The position numbers and the translations under genes are program-made. Shown here one piece after another: positions 220,369 to 234,639 of a DNA stretch of 248,000 bases (its first letter is position 1; every line of letters begins with the position of its first letter). The notes beneath the pieces were generated by a model. It was not told the DNA's origin, did not search any database, and saw only the letters and a program-made list of their open reading frames with translations. This stretch comes from Wallemia ichthyophaga EXF-994 (Eukaryota > Fungi > Basidiomycota), in contig NW_008806284.1 in NCBI RefSeq assembly GCF_000400465.1, positions 20,001 to 268,000 on the forward strand, read 5' to 3'.

Positions 220369-223300
220369 ATGTCTACCCATGATGAAAAACCAGTAAGAGA
220401 GGGTGAAATTCCTTCAAAGGAGCAAGTGCCTCAAGAGGATGATGAATCACCTGGAGCTGAGTACTCGGCTTTGGTCAACTACATTCAAAATGTTGAACTT
220501 AGAAAGGGTGATGACGAAGCCCAAGAGGAAGACGACGTTACTTACAAACGCGTAAGTTTTTTAGGTTTCACCTAAATGGTATTTTTAACACGCGTTTAGA
220601 AATGGTATGCGCCTTGGAAAAAAGTTGAAATTAGACAACAAGGCGCAACTGTTCCTCCCGATTGGCTTACTGCCACTCACGCTTCAGGTGGTTTAAAGTC
220701 ATCCGACGTTGAACCACGCCGTAAGCGCTTTGGTTTCAACGAATTAGAATCTCCAGAAGAGAATCACTTCCTCAAATTCCTTGGTTTCTTCAGAGGCCCT
220801 GTTCTCTACGTTATGGAAGGTGCCGTCGCTCTTGCGGGTGGTCTTCGTGAATGGGTCGATTTCGGTGTCATTATTGGTATTCTTCTCCTCAACGCTTTCG
220901 TCGGTTTCTATCAAGAAAAACAAGCTGGTGATATTGTGGCCCAACTTAAAGCTGGTATCGCTCTGCGTACTACCGTTGTCCGCGACGGTCAAGAGACTGA
221001 AGTCGAAGCACGCGAACTTGTTGTTGGTGATATCGTCGTTATTGAAGAAGGTGCGACAATTCCAGGTGATTGTGAACTTCTTGCGGACTACAAGGATAAG
221101 GATGGCTCAAAAGCTGCCGACATCCTTCAAAAAGTCAAGGAAGACGCAAAGAGAGAAAAAACTGACGACGACGAAGAAAAGTTCGGCAAAGGTCCATCAA
221201 TTTTGGCCGCTGATCAATCCGCTATTACTGGTGAATCCTTAGCTGTTGACAAGTATGTTGGTGACATTGCTTTCTACACCACCATCTGTAAGCGTGGTAA
221301 GGTTTATGCACGTGTCAAGATGAGTGCACCAATCTCTTTCGTCGGTAAAACTGCTGCCCTTGTTTTAGGCTCGAACGACAAGGGTCACTTCGTTAAGGTC
221401 ATGAACATTATCGGTGGTACTCTCTTGGTTCTTGTCATTGTCTTCTTGTTCGCTGTCTGGATTGGTGGTTTCTTCCGTAACGTAGAGATCGCCCAACCAA
221501 GAGACAATAACTTACTTGTCTACACTCTTATCTTCGCTGTCATTGGTGTCCCAGTTGGTCTTCCAGTTGTTACCACCACTACTCTCGCCGTCGGAGCTGC
221601 TTATCTGGCTAAGCAACAGGCCATCGTTCAACAACTCACCTCCATCGAGTCTCTCGCCGGTTGTGATATTCTCTGTTCCGATAAGACTGGTACCCTTACA
221701 GCCAACAAACTTTCTATTCACGAACCATACACGGCTGAAGGTGTCGACATGGACTGGATGATGTGTGTTGCTGCTCTTGCCTCATCGCACAACGTCAAGT
221801 CTTTGGACCCTATCGACAAGATCACCATTTCTACCCTTAAGGAATACCCTCGCGCCACCGAAATGCTTAAGACTGGATGGATCACCAAGGACTTTAGACC
221901 TTTCGACCCAGTGTCCAAGCGTATTACTTCAATTGTTGAGCGCGACGGTGTTACCTACACTTGTGCCAAGGGTGCTCCAAACTCTATTCTCAAGATGTGC
222001 AACTGTCCACCACAAATTGCTCAAGCATTCCGTGACCAAACTATGGAGTTTGCTTCTAGAGGTTTCCGTTCCCTTGGTGTTTCAGTTCAAGAAAACAACG
222101 GTGATTGGCAAGTTCTTGGTTTACTTCCTATGTTCGATCCTCCACGTCACGATACTGCTGCCACTGTTGGTGAAGCGATTAAGCTCGGTGTTGGTGTGAA
222201 AATGTTGACTGGTGATGCCGTTGCTATCGCTAAGGAGACTTGTAAAATGCTCGGTATGGGCACTAAGGTGAGAAGTTTCTCTTCTTTTCAGTCCTTTCTA
222301 ACTTTTCGTAGGTTTATGACTCTCACAGACTTATTGGTGGTGGTTCTATGGCAGGTTCTGAAATGCACGACTTCATTGAATCCGCCGATGGATTTGGTGA
222401 AGTTTTCCCAGAACACAAGTACCAAATTGTTGAGATGCTTCAACATCGTGGTCACTTGACGGCCATGACTGGTGATGGTGTTAACGATGCCCCAGCCCTT
222501 AAAAAGGCCGATTGTGGTATTGCAGTCGAAGGTGCTTCAGACGCTGCTCGTTCAGCTGCTGCCGTTGTTTTCCTTGACGAAGGTCTTTCAACCATTATTA
222601 CTGCAATTAAGGTCGCTCGTGAAATTTTCCACCGTATGAAGGCTTACATTGTTTATCGTATCGCTCTCTGTCTTCATTTGGAAATCTACCTTACACTCTC
222701 TATCCTCATTATGAACGAAACTATTCGTGCAGACTTGATTGTCTGGATTGCATTGTTCGCTGATTTAGCCACAGTCGCTGTTGCATACGATAATGCCCCA
222801 TACGCACTTACTCCAGTTTCGTGGCAATTACCAAAGATATGGATCATGTCAACTGTTCTTGGTGCAATTCTCGCAGGTGGTACTTGGATTCTTAGAGGTA
222901 CGCTTTTCCTCAACAGCGGTGGTGTTATCCAAAATTGGGGTGGTATCGAGCACATTCTCTTCTTGGAGGTTTGTCTCACTGAGAACTGGTTGATTTTCTT
223001 AACCAGAACCGGTGCTGGTGAATTCAAGTGGCCATCATGGCAATTGGTTGGTGCTATTGGTGGTGTAGATATCCTTGCAACTCTCTTCACCCTGTTCGGT
223101 TGGTTCCACGCTGAAGATGACATGCACAACGGTCACACCGACATTGTCACTGTTGTTAAGGTTTGGTGTTTCTCTATCGCTGTTATGGTTATCTGTACCC
223201 TTGCGTACGTTATCATGAACAACTGGAAGTGGTTGGACAACCTCGGAAAGAGACAAGTTGGAAAGGTAGACAGACGCGTTGAGGACTTCATGAACGAGTT

Positions 223301-223388
223301 GCAACGTATCACTATCGTACATGAAAGATCTGATAGAGATGTCTACAGACTCTACGGTAGATCTCAAGGTCTTGATTCCGACAGTTAA
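220369..223388 (+). CDS. PMA1: Plasma-membrane H+-ATPase (P3A)
   Basis: DQSAITGES, GVPVGLP, CSDKTGTLT, TGDGVNDAP, TENWLIF. Confidence 0.96.
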
Positions 223389-223618
223389 ATGAGTTAATTA
223401 AATAGTGGTAAATTTTTAATTACTGGATTAATTACAGCAAATTCTAAACAATTCATTTTCAAGATTCTGACCTTATAGAAACATTTCTAGTTTTTTTTAA
223501 TTCTAATACTAACTTCAATCATTCATTAATTTGCTCTTTTGTGGCTACACCAAACTAGAAAATCTTTTTGTTAAATATAAATACATATTTGTTGTTTAAG
223601 TCAAGCAGTTCTTCGATT

Positions 223619-224254
223619 TCATAAGTTTTGTTGCATCTTTTTAATTGACTTTTCAAGTGACCGTAGTCGTGCGTCGTCTTGTTCGAGTAATGACGTCATC
223701 TTGTTCATGTGCTTCTTGAATGCCTCATTTTGATCTTCAAGCGTACTGTTATGTCCTTTGAGCTCTGTTACTTTCTTCTGTAGTCCACGTATCTTCTCGT
223801 TGTGCATCAGTATTAGCCCTTTCAGCTTTGCCATCTCTGAAACTGTTTTATCTTCTACATACGGCTCCGAATCACTCTGGCTATTTGGGTAAACAGAGAC
223901 GTTGCCAGAGCTCAAGTCAAGTGTGAATGTATTTCTAATGTGCTCCAATTCGTACGGCACGTCTTTGTACATCCTCCCCGCTAATGACTTGCAGCGATTA
224001 CATCTTAGCCAAACATACACTGCGCCGTAATCTTCAGATTTCTTACTCTGAAATCTATCTGCGGTGATCTCCAGATTATCGGTCACAGCTAATGATATCA
224101 ATATTTCGTTTCGTAGAGCTACGCGACGTACAACTCAGAGTAACACAGCTAAAAGCAATAGGCTGGCCAAATGGTGCAACGCCATCACCGAGAACCAATG
224201 CGCAGTGTATACATTGGAATAATTTTGTCCTGCCTTCGCTCTCGGCCATCGTTG
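223619..224254 (-). CDS. Mis18 (Yippee-like) kinetochore protein
   Basis: LFQCIHCALVLGD...LRCNRCKSLAGRMY; C-terminal coiled coil. Confidence 0.75.
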
Positions 224255-224264
224255 CACCCGTTCT

Positions 224265-226504
224265 ATGATGATGGTTCAAGATAAGGGCGAGACGCCTATG
224301 AAAATTGAGCAGATGGCTTCGCTCGCGCTGAGTATATTGACTCTGCTCATCATCTGCTCTCTCTGCTTGTCGTACTTCCTCCAGCAGAAGAAAATTAGGT
224401 CCGTACACGAGACTGTGATAGCGGTGTTTGCAGGTGATTATAGGTGCTTTGAGGTGGTATACGGTCTCTAAAAGTTTCCAGGTATGGTCGTCGGTCTGAT
224501 TATCAGGCTTAGTCCTGGTCATATCATTCGCGAAATGGTGGTCAGTTCATCCACTTCTTCAAGCATACGCTTACTCACACAATGAAAGACCTTCTCGCCG
224601 TCTCTCTTCTTTAACCTTCTTTTACCTCCAAGTTCGTTTCACTACGACACTCCTCCGACCCTAACACGCTTCTCGCACAGTTATACTCGATTCCGGCTAT
224701 AGACTACGTGAAGCGCATTTCTTCAGAAACATTATACCAATCCTCACTTTCGCATTGGCTGGCACTTTCATTTCGGCTGTCGTTATCGGGTAGGTTGCTT
224801 CAATCTATCAAGTCTTGAGCCACGCTCATTTATCCCAATAGTTTCGTCGTCTACGTCTTCTCTTTTTTACACATTTCCAGTCTCCAGATTAGTTTGGTGG
224901 AGTGTCTCATTCTCGGCTCAACGCTCTCAGCTACCGATCCAGTCACCATTTTGGCAATTTTTAACACTTTCAAGGTAGATCCAAAGCTCTACTCTGTTAT
225001 ATTCGGTGAAAGTATCCTCAACGATGCCGTCTCTATCGTCCTTTATGAAACTCTAAGCCAATTCCATGGCGCTGACTTGAAAATGTCTTCCTTCTTCAGA
225101 GGCGCTGGTATTTTCTTCCTTTCGTTCAGTGGTTCTATGGCTCTCGGTGTGACCTTTGCCTTGGCTTGTAGTCTGGGTTTAAAACACTCCAAAGTCGGCT
225201 CCTTCCCCGGTATTGAAAGCTGTTTGGTGTCACTTATCGCCTACACTTCCTACTTTTTTTCGAACGGTATTGGCATGAGTGGTTTGTCAGCCTTTCACAG
225301 CTTTATAATCCCATTCTCATTTCACTCCAGGTATCGTGTCTCTCATTTTCTGCGGTATCACTCTGAAGCACTATGCTTACCACAATATGAGTACGAAGAC
225401 ACAACGAACTACCAAATCCATGTTTCATGTCCTTGCGCAACTCTCCGAAAACTTCATTTTTGTGGGTTTAACGGTTACTTGAGACAATTTCAACTCAATC
225501 TTTCTAGATCTACCTCGGTATCACTCTTTTCACGCAAGATGCTACGGAATTCAAGCCTATATTCATCGTTGTTGCTAGTCTGGCTGTCGTCATTGGTAGA
225601 TATATGACAGTATTTCCACTCTCCAAAGCCATCAATATGGTATACAGGTCAAAAGGACAAAGAGCTCCCGAGCTGCCACATAGCCATCAAGTGAGAGAAT
225701 CGTTTTCTTGCAACTTTAGCGCTGACGTTTATCACCCAGATGATGCTCTTCTGGGCTGGCTTGAGAGGTGCAGTTGGCGTAGCCTTGGCAGCTGGCATCA
225801 CAGGCAAGAACGCAGCAGCGCTGCGCACAACAGTTCTGATCGTCGTCGTATTGACTGTCGTCGTCTTCGGTGGCACGACATCTAGAATGCTGGAGGTGAT
225901 GGGCATCAAGATGGGTGTTGAAGATGATGAGGCGTCAAGCGATGAAGAGGACGACTATCCAACGCCTTCAGGAGTCAGGGGAGGATTGAGCAACTATCAA
226001 TACTTTAATCACCAAACAGAAGCATTGTCTCCGCAATACCAAGACAATGATATAGAAGAGGGAATCAACTTAGTGATTCCGAAGCAGCAGGATGTAAATC
226101 TCAAACAGGCAACTTCCTCAGCATCCCTTCAAAAGTCAAATTCGCCTTCGAAACGTGGAGAATCTACAGATAGGCGATCTAAGAGTTTGAATGCTGGCAG
226201 TTCAAGCAAACAACCAGTGCTCGATCTCGAGGATGATGACAATGAAGTGTTGCCCGTAGCAAACACCTCGAAAATTCCAAACAATCATGACCATGAGGGT
226301 GATATGGATAACAGCAGATTTGTTTTCAAAGACGGAAAGTGGTTCACTGACCTGGACGAAAGATACCTACTGCCACTTTTTAGCAATAGCGTTGCCAGTC
226401 GGCGTCACAATGCACGCAAAACTAACTCCAGACGTAATCTGCAGGAAGCAGAATCCAGTCCGTCTAACAACTCTAATTTAAGTCTCAATGAAGGCGGCTT
226501 ATAA
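224265..226504 (+). CDS. NHX1: Endosomal Na+/H+ exchanger Nhx1
   Basis: VHETV, FFNLLLPP, LSATDPV, FGESILNDAV, WAGLRGAVG. Confidence 0.93.
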
Positions 226505-226549
226505 TGTGCTGAATTAGTTGGTTATTTGCCTGTTTGTATTCTTGAATAT

Positions 226550-229500
226550 GCATCAGTGCGCTTATCGAATTGTATACGTTGTAAAGGTCACCACAAGTGA
226601 TTCTCTTCTTCATTCAACTTACATCACTATGTGCGACGAGAAATTACGGGTTAGAGGATGTTGTGAGAGCCCTGAAAAGTATATTCTGATATATTGTACC
226701 ATCCTTGGATTTCGTTGTTGCCTTTGCTTAGTCACATATTAGCTGGAGAAATGGATATGTGAAAGAGATTAATACGCATTTTAATAGCTTATTGAATTTT
226801 TACATATATCATGACATCCATTCTCTTCAATACACCCCAAAAAAAAGTCAATCTGGGAAACTTCTCCGCATCTCTAATGATGTCAAGATTTGTTTTGGGA
226901 TGACAGGGTGATGAAAATGGTTCTTTTAGGACTATCAAACGCTTGCAGTAGTATGAGCTGTTTAATTGAATTGCGTATACTCAAGATTAAGTGAGAAGAC
227001 GAATGCAGAGATACAATATACGGACAAATTGGATAATTTAGCAAAGTCAGTATTTCGTGAAATTCCTGTTCTTTCGAACATCACCTCGTCTCAGCCTTAC
227101 TCTCAATAGCCCCTGAGTTGGATTCTCGACCACCACTATATCTCATCTCAGATGACTGATTTACGAGTTTTTATAATGTCCAAATAAAAAAGCTTCATAT
227201 ATAGCCCTACATGAGCTGTGCAAGATGTTGCCAGATATATGTCCCTGAGCATTTGTTCGCGCCCTGTAGACTCTTCGGAAGTTAGAATACAACGTCGTTC
227301 AGGAGCACGCTTTAGGTTAAATATAAAGGATTTCACTCGCTTCATTGATTTTAACAAAATTTATCAGCTAATACAGATTACAAGCACCCAAGATCTCATT
227401 TATTCGGCTGTACAAACGCGATTTACGTTTTCCGACTATTAGCGTCCCCAGGAATTAAGCTGGCTGCATGAAAAAGTTTTTAAACATGCAGGATCATCGC
227501 AACAATATTGAAACCACTTAATGCAATAAAAGTTGAAGGTATCTCAGTACTAAATTTGGGGCTTTGGCTCGATCGGGTGACTTTAGAAATATGGATAATC
227601 ATCGTAGAGAGGTTATCAATGCTGCTTTGGACCCTTGTTATTCGCGGCTTATTATGGTAGAGCCTTTTAAGCTACCACATTAGCTTTCCAGCAGCAAGTC
227701 ACATCTGACTAAAAGAGTACAAAGTTATCACTACGCTATTCATGAAAAACTTACCTTAATTTTCTTTTCGATTTCACTAGCTACCGAATGATACCGATAT
227801 CGCTCATGTTATCACTTGTTTTGGTGCTATCATGGACAGACTGAACATGCTATCGTAAGACTACCGAAGCATACCAATTCCTTCAACTGGCAAAATTCAC
227901 AGAAGCTCGTGTGCTCTAATGATACATTTTGCTTTTTAAAGCGAAACATAGACCACAATCACCCAAGTTGCACAAGTACATACCTTTCAAAACGCGTGTT
228001 ACAAAGTCAGACGCACTGACTTTAGCGATTTCGACAAAAATCAATTTTGTTGTCAGGAATAACTTATTACCACTACGTAATTTCAGAAAAGAAGGAGTAG
228101 ATGTCACTCCAACTTTGAAATCGGGCGTTTAGCTTCTGATCAGTGCATTTCAAATTTTCATAAAATAGGGTGAATAGAAAGGTGGTTAAGACAATATGGA
228201 ATTTTATATGTCATGATTATAGGAATGTATGTTTTTGGATGCCAAGTCGCACTTAACCCCCACCGGCCTCAATTCCTGTACTTGCTGGTAACACGCCTTA
228301 GCAGCCATCGCACCTCAACGAGCTGACAACATCATTCGTTTCTGTAATACCAGGAAATACTTCTGGTGTGTCATTTGGAAGAGACGCTAGGATTTCAAGT
228401 TGCAGGGGAACTAGTTCAGGCTGCAAAAAAATGACTTGTTCAAATTTCGAAGATCAAAATGACTACGCAGGGAACGAGACCTAGACAAAATTAAGCTAAT
228501 AAGTCATTGCCTTTAATTACAATTAACGCTTTGTCTTATCAATTAATTTAATCTGCCCGTCCTAAAACTGTGAAACCCATGGGTAAACGTCGTATTCTAA
228601 CTCTGTGTTGATTCTACGACGTATGAGTCAAAAAATAAAGAAAGCCATATGCTTGATTCACTAACGTATAGCCTATATATGTCAGGCTTCCATCTCCTAA
228701 AAACGAAATGAAGGGAGATATGGTTATTTCCAACGAATGGTATGTAAATGCTTACGTTATCGCAACAAAAATCGTGAGCAAACGGAAATAATAATTAACG
228801 GGATTGTACGAACGTCTTTAAAAGACACCTGAAGAGGCATCTACATTACTCATTTTGTCAAATATATGTTGATTTCAAAATTTGTATTAATTTTATCTCT
228901 TTTAGGTGTACAGGCCATTCCCCAACCAAACAAACTGAAACTTAAGAAATTAAGGATTTGTAATCTGTGAGTACTGAAGAGCCACGATACCTTGTACTAC
229001 ATATTGTATTTTATGGCTGTAAAAGCCAATTCTCAGGCAATTAAAGCAGATATGTTAGTTGATGGACCCTTTCTTTATTCCACATACTTCTTACCATCTT
229101 AAATTACCATACATGAATCTGTGACTGCTTTATTAGTTGACTTATTTTATAATTGAACCCTTATCGGCTAGTGTTCTCAGAAAATATCCATATTGTAGAC
229201 TACGAAGGCCAAGCTGCTTTCCCACAGTTGTAATATTGCAATATTAGCTTACAGTTTTTGCTGTGAAAGCTATTTATCAAGTTAAAATCCTAGGCTTGAC
229301 AGTGCATTCTCAACAGATAAAGTGAAATTAGTTTGAAAACTTCGATAAGTAACGAAAACAAATCGAAACGACTCCTGCGTCACAACGTAATGCAGGACAT
229401 ACCTGTAATATAAAATCTGTTAAAAGCTGCAGGCTGTCAATAGCACAAGAGTAGAAAAAGATAAAAATTAAGCAGAAGACAATTTTATAGTTCAACATCT

Positions 229501-232500
229501 AGTATTGTTGTCCAAAACCTGAAAAAATATAAACAACGAATATTACTTAAGGTATACTTAAAAGAATACAGGCCATTAAAAAGACATTTGACTTTAACCC
229601 TTATAAATTCAATTATTGTTAAGGCAGGCTTTTGTCCGTTAAGTTAGACGTCTTTTGTTACTCCTACATCTTTTTAAAACGGATGAAACTGTATTTATCA
229701 TGAATATTCACTCTAGCTTAACCATGAAAAGATAATTTAATAACAAAGGCTTAGACGTTATAGTTTTCAAGATCACTGAAACATTTAAGAGCCAAGTCAA
229801 CAGCCTTGAATCTAATATGGTAAAAGTATTTTCAAGTATACCGAGAACAACTTATGACAATTAATAGTTTTGATTCATTGCGATAAGTTGGTATTCTTCC
229901 GTGTTCGACAAATTTTGTATATTCATTTCAAGTTTACATCTGGTTTTAATGCGAATTAAAAGCTATGTCTTTGATTGACTATGAGTCACCCATGATTCTA
230001 ATCTTTACAAAAATGCAATCAATATTGCATTCTCTTGTAAGAAGTAGTCAAACTTAGCGATTGTGATTTCCTTCATGTGAATTAATATCAAAAAAATAAC
230101 AGTATGATCGTTGTAATCCATAATTTTTAAGATTTAGCATTTATTGTGGTTACAAATATCAACACTGCAAAGTCTGAATGAGATTGAGATTGGTTTAGAG
230201 AAATTTACGTTGGAGACTCTATTGGCATGGGTGATCTTTAAAAAGATGTTCGACTTCATGGATTAAAATTAACCTTATAAGAATGTTTTGAATCATAAAG
230301 TGCTTTCGAGAGACTTGCACAACACCTAATGTTGTGCGGCTAACCAATATTTGTCAATAATGAACATGTAGAACTTTTTAATTAAATTTGTGGATACAAA
230401 CTGAAAAAGTCTGATACGGTTTCACGGGATTCACTTTTCAAATTATGAGATTACTCTCTTTCATGCGAAGTTTAAAAGTATTTTCAATTCTACCTCTTCA
230501 GCTACCATGGCTAAGCTGGTGTATATTTATTATATATTTTCAGGAACTTTATTCACAGTAGGGCCTTTTTCACCAAAGGTCAGTTTTATTGAACAAATTT
230601 ACGAGATAATCCCCCATGTATTATACTATGAGTGGGGTTCAGTATGGATTCAGAGTAACATGTATTAAGATCGTAGACTTATTTTTACTACTTTCAAAGT
230701 CATACCACTAATCGCAATCCGAAAGCTTTTGTGTAAAAAATTAGGCAAAAACATAAAGTCGTTTTGTGGTTTGAACGCAATAAAACGGTCGTAAATAAAC
230801 AATTATTTGTTACGGTTGCCATGGAATTAACAATAAGAAAGTAAACAGTATATAAGGTTTCATTCGCTCTCAGCATGAAGTTGTTAGTGAGCATATACCA
230901 GGGAGTTGCTAAGCATTCAAAGAACATATATTGTTTTGAATAGAAACATTAATGACATGTAATGATGGTTGTTCTTACTAACTTGAAACCATCATGCGAT
231001 TCTGAAGATGTACTAGCAAAGCAAAAAGTCTAGCTCAAGTTTACCAAGAGCCTTTAATTACTCAGCAGGAAGAGTACAGATATATCTTCTTGTTACAGAT
231101 CCTAGTGCTCATAATTAGGCAATTTAAATATGCGTTGAAGTATGATCCTCATAGTGTGTACAAGGCGAAAGATACGATCAGATGATTTATCGGTTCGCTT
231201 TTCTGTTACTTTAAAAATATCTTACCCACGTTAATGCAAAGTAGCATACTAATGGAGAAAATTGATCTCCTCGTTCTTATTTATGCGATCATGGCATTTC
231301 TAAATTGGAATCCTAATAAATTTCAGTTGGTCCATTCTTGTTTGTTTAGTTATTTTTTTTTTCAAATGTCACTCTTAGCTCACGCCACTTTTAAGTTATT
231401 TTGTGCGGAAAAGTGTGGGGCGCTCCACAAAAAGTGCAGAGTTTTGCGTGGACCATTGAAAAGTTATGCACTCGTCTGATACAGTATAAGAATTTCTATT
231501 CGTTTGAATGGAGCTAATACACCACATAATGTGTCTTTATCGCATATCAACTACAGGTGCTTAAGTAGCATAGCCATTCTCACCCTCAAGGATACCTTCA
231601 AAGTAATGGTTTAGTAAAATCGGACTATGAGCCTTTATTGAACCGCAAAATACTGCCAAATACTTTAAATTCAGGTTCAATCGTGTCAAAGGCTCGAAAT
231701 AATGAGAAATACATGTTGTTATCATTGACATTCTGTCTAATTTAGGTAGAAAATGGTTGACAATAATTAAGTCAACGTGTTTTTTTTTTTTTTCGGACAC
231801 GGATATCGCATCTTCGCTCAATCTTAGGACGTCAAGAGCTTTCGACTTGGCCAGCGAGTTCAACAACGATTGTTTATGCAATTCGTGCCATTATTGCGCC
231901 CAGGAAAGCACAATTTCGTCAAGTCTCAACTTATCAAGCATCTCACCTCCACTTAATTTGTATTATAGAATATCGCCGACCGCGGACCATCAGGGTAACT
232001 TCACATTTTCTCCTAAAGTTAGCCTTACCAGTGCACTCATTTGGCAGTTTTATGAGCAGGTGTGTTGCGACTCTGATCAGTGCATGATCTTCCTTTATAT
232101 TGTTGAACTCATTATGGCTTAAGCGCTCTTGGGCGTTCTTTTATTAAATTGACCTGCTGGTTTTCAGAATTTAGTAAATGTAGGTATATCTGTATAATTC
232201 GCAATTTTTTCAACAGTTTTTGCACCTATTTATGATATATAGCTATATTTGCTCAATTTTTATTGATGTTATGTCTTATCATATTACTTCCATCGCACAA
232301 CGAAGTATTTAGCAAATCTTGCAAGTGACAGGCTGCAGGATTGCGGATTGGCTTCTAAGCGAATAAGCAGATAGAACATGTGAAATTAGTGAAATAAATT
232401 TAGAGTCGTCGTGAGAAATGGCGCGTGATGACAATTGGATAAAAATGTTTGGATTACATTCGTTGATTTACACTGATGAAATGGAATATGAAGAAATATG

Positions 232501-232900
232501 GACGTGAATTCGGCGGTATGGGTGGCGTACGAAGCGTTTAACAGCAAGGATTTTGATATCTACCTCACGCCTTTCGTCAATGCTTTTAATTTTTATCTTC
232601 AACTTAATGCTTATAATATTTAAAGGTCTCATTGACTTGAGAAATAATTTGGGCCCAGCCAATTATTCCAATAATAGTGGTTTTATTATGCACTCACAAT
232701 ACTCAGGACATGTCTTTTTTTAGTTGCCCCGAAGAAAGCTAATTGAAAGACTTCCATGACGAACATTATTTCAACTCAAAGTAGAAAAAATGTAAGACAA
232801 CTGGTATACTTCTTTATCGAGCTTTTGCAATGATATTTTGAGAACTGAATGAATATCCTGGAGATTATGGTTATCATTGAATAACTAATTTCCCTAAGGA
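226550..232900. other. AT-rich, gene-free block (candidate centromere or degenerate region)
   Basis: No ORF above ~120 aa in 6.3 kb; core 228-231 kb has almost no 60-aa ORFs and is visibly AT-rich. Confidence 0.5.
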
Positions 232901-233101
232901 GATCTTTAGCCCAATAATCATAGATCAGCTTCATTTGCGCCATCACCAACTAACACTCTGCGCAAATCTTTCGCCTGTCACCCAATTCCCTTACTCCTTC
233001 AAGTTCAAGCGTGTAAAAGTATTCTAATTTTTAAAGATTTGCTTTTAGCTCATGCATTCATACTGTAAAACAAATTTTCTAAAACAACGCGATTTAATAA
233101 T

Positions 233102-234265
233102 CTAATAATCACCTATCATAATCTTAATAGCGGGCCTTCCATTCTCATCTTTGCCATTTGAAAGTGTCTCGAAGGCGTTTTTGCTGTCGCTGAGTTTAAA
233201 TTTGTGAGTGACGAGCGAATCAGCCGATGCGAGCTTGTTAGCAGCGAACATTTCAAGAGCATCGTCGTACGTGTTTGAATACCTGAAAACGCCAACTAAA
233301 TCGACTTCTCTAAATGCTGCCGCCGATACCGGCAATGTGGCATTTGGGGTTCCCATACCGATGTAAACAACTTTTCCACCGGCTTTGGCTGCATAAATCG
233401 CAGCTTGCATACATGTTTCCACACCTGTACACTCAAACACTACATCGTAGCCATCACTACTGGACTGTCCGAGTATGCTATCAGCTGTGTTCTTTGAAAT
233501 TTCAAGCGATTCCGCGGGCGACGAAGGACGTGGTCCAAGAGGGAGCAGAACAGTGTTATCAGCGAAGCTCTTTTCCAATGCGAATTTAAGTCTGTTCTCA
233601 TCAATATCTATTACCGTGACCTTAGTTGCACCCTGTGCCTTGACGACCGAAGCAGCCAGTAAACCTACGGCACCAGCGCCAAAGATGGCAACATGGTGAC
233701 CTGCTCTAACCCCAGAACGTCTACTTCCATGCAAGACGACACTCAATGGCTCCACCAGCGAAGCTTGCTCGAACGACACATTATCAGGCATTTTGTGCAA
233801 GAGTCTAGCAGGATGAGTGAAACACGTCTGGAGAGTTCCATCCAAGTGCGGATATGTTTTGGCCGATGAAGCAAACCTCAACCCCGGACAGAGGTTGTAT
233901 CTGCCACTCTTACACAGGCTGCAACTCGAGCAGTAAATACCGGCTTCAATGGCCACCCTGTCACCTGGCTGGATGTGCGACACGCCTTTACCGACAGAGG
234001 TGACGATTCCGGCAGCCTCATGTCCCATAGCGAGTGGCTCCCGTATCACGAAGTCCCCGTTGCGGCCATGACGGTAGTAGTGCAGATCTGAGCCACACAG
234101 CCCAGTTGCTTTGACGTCTACTTGGGCGTCGAGCTCTCCAACTTGCACAGCTGGACGTACTTCCTAAAGATCATCAGTGTCTTGGAGAACAGAGCCGGCG
234201 TTACTCACGAGTCGCAAGTCCTTTGCGCCGTGAAGTGTAGCAATAAGATTTGTTTGGGTGGACAT
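233102..234265 (-). CDS. Sorbitol/xylitol dehydrogenase (MDR)
   Basis: GLCGSDLHY, GHEAAG, C..C.LC..GRYNLC, GAGAVG. Confidence 0.92.
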
Positions 234266-234639
234266 GATGAGTTTATTGAAGAAAGGGAGGCATAGTGGTC
234301 AGTTTTACCGACTTGATGGAGTTCGTCCCGGTAGTACGAGAATGTCGGACATGACAATTCATTGAAAGGGTTTCAAAAGTTGCTTGCAGGACGCCGCGTG
234401 GTCAATTTATGTTACGTTGAAATTTATACTATTTTTAAAGAATTACCTGTAATCTTTGGCTGTCGTCATCTTCCGGGTTTATCGCAGATAGGATGAGCTC
234501 AGCTACTTGGGCGAAATCATCTAGCTCGGCAGTATTTATTACGTTAATCTTATCACATCGAAGCTATACAGTACAATACAAAACTGTTTTCAGCTGCAGC
234601 TTTCGTAAAGAAATGAATAGAGTGAAATGAAATACTGCA

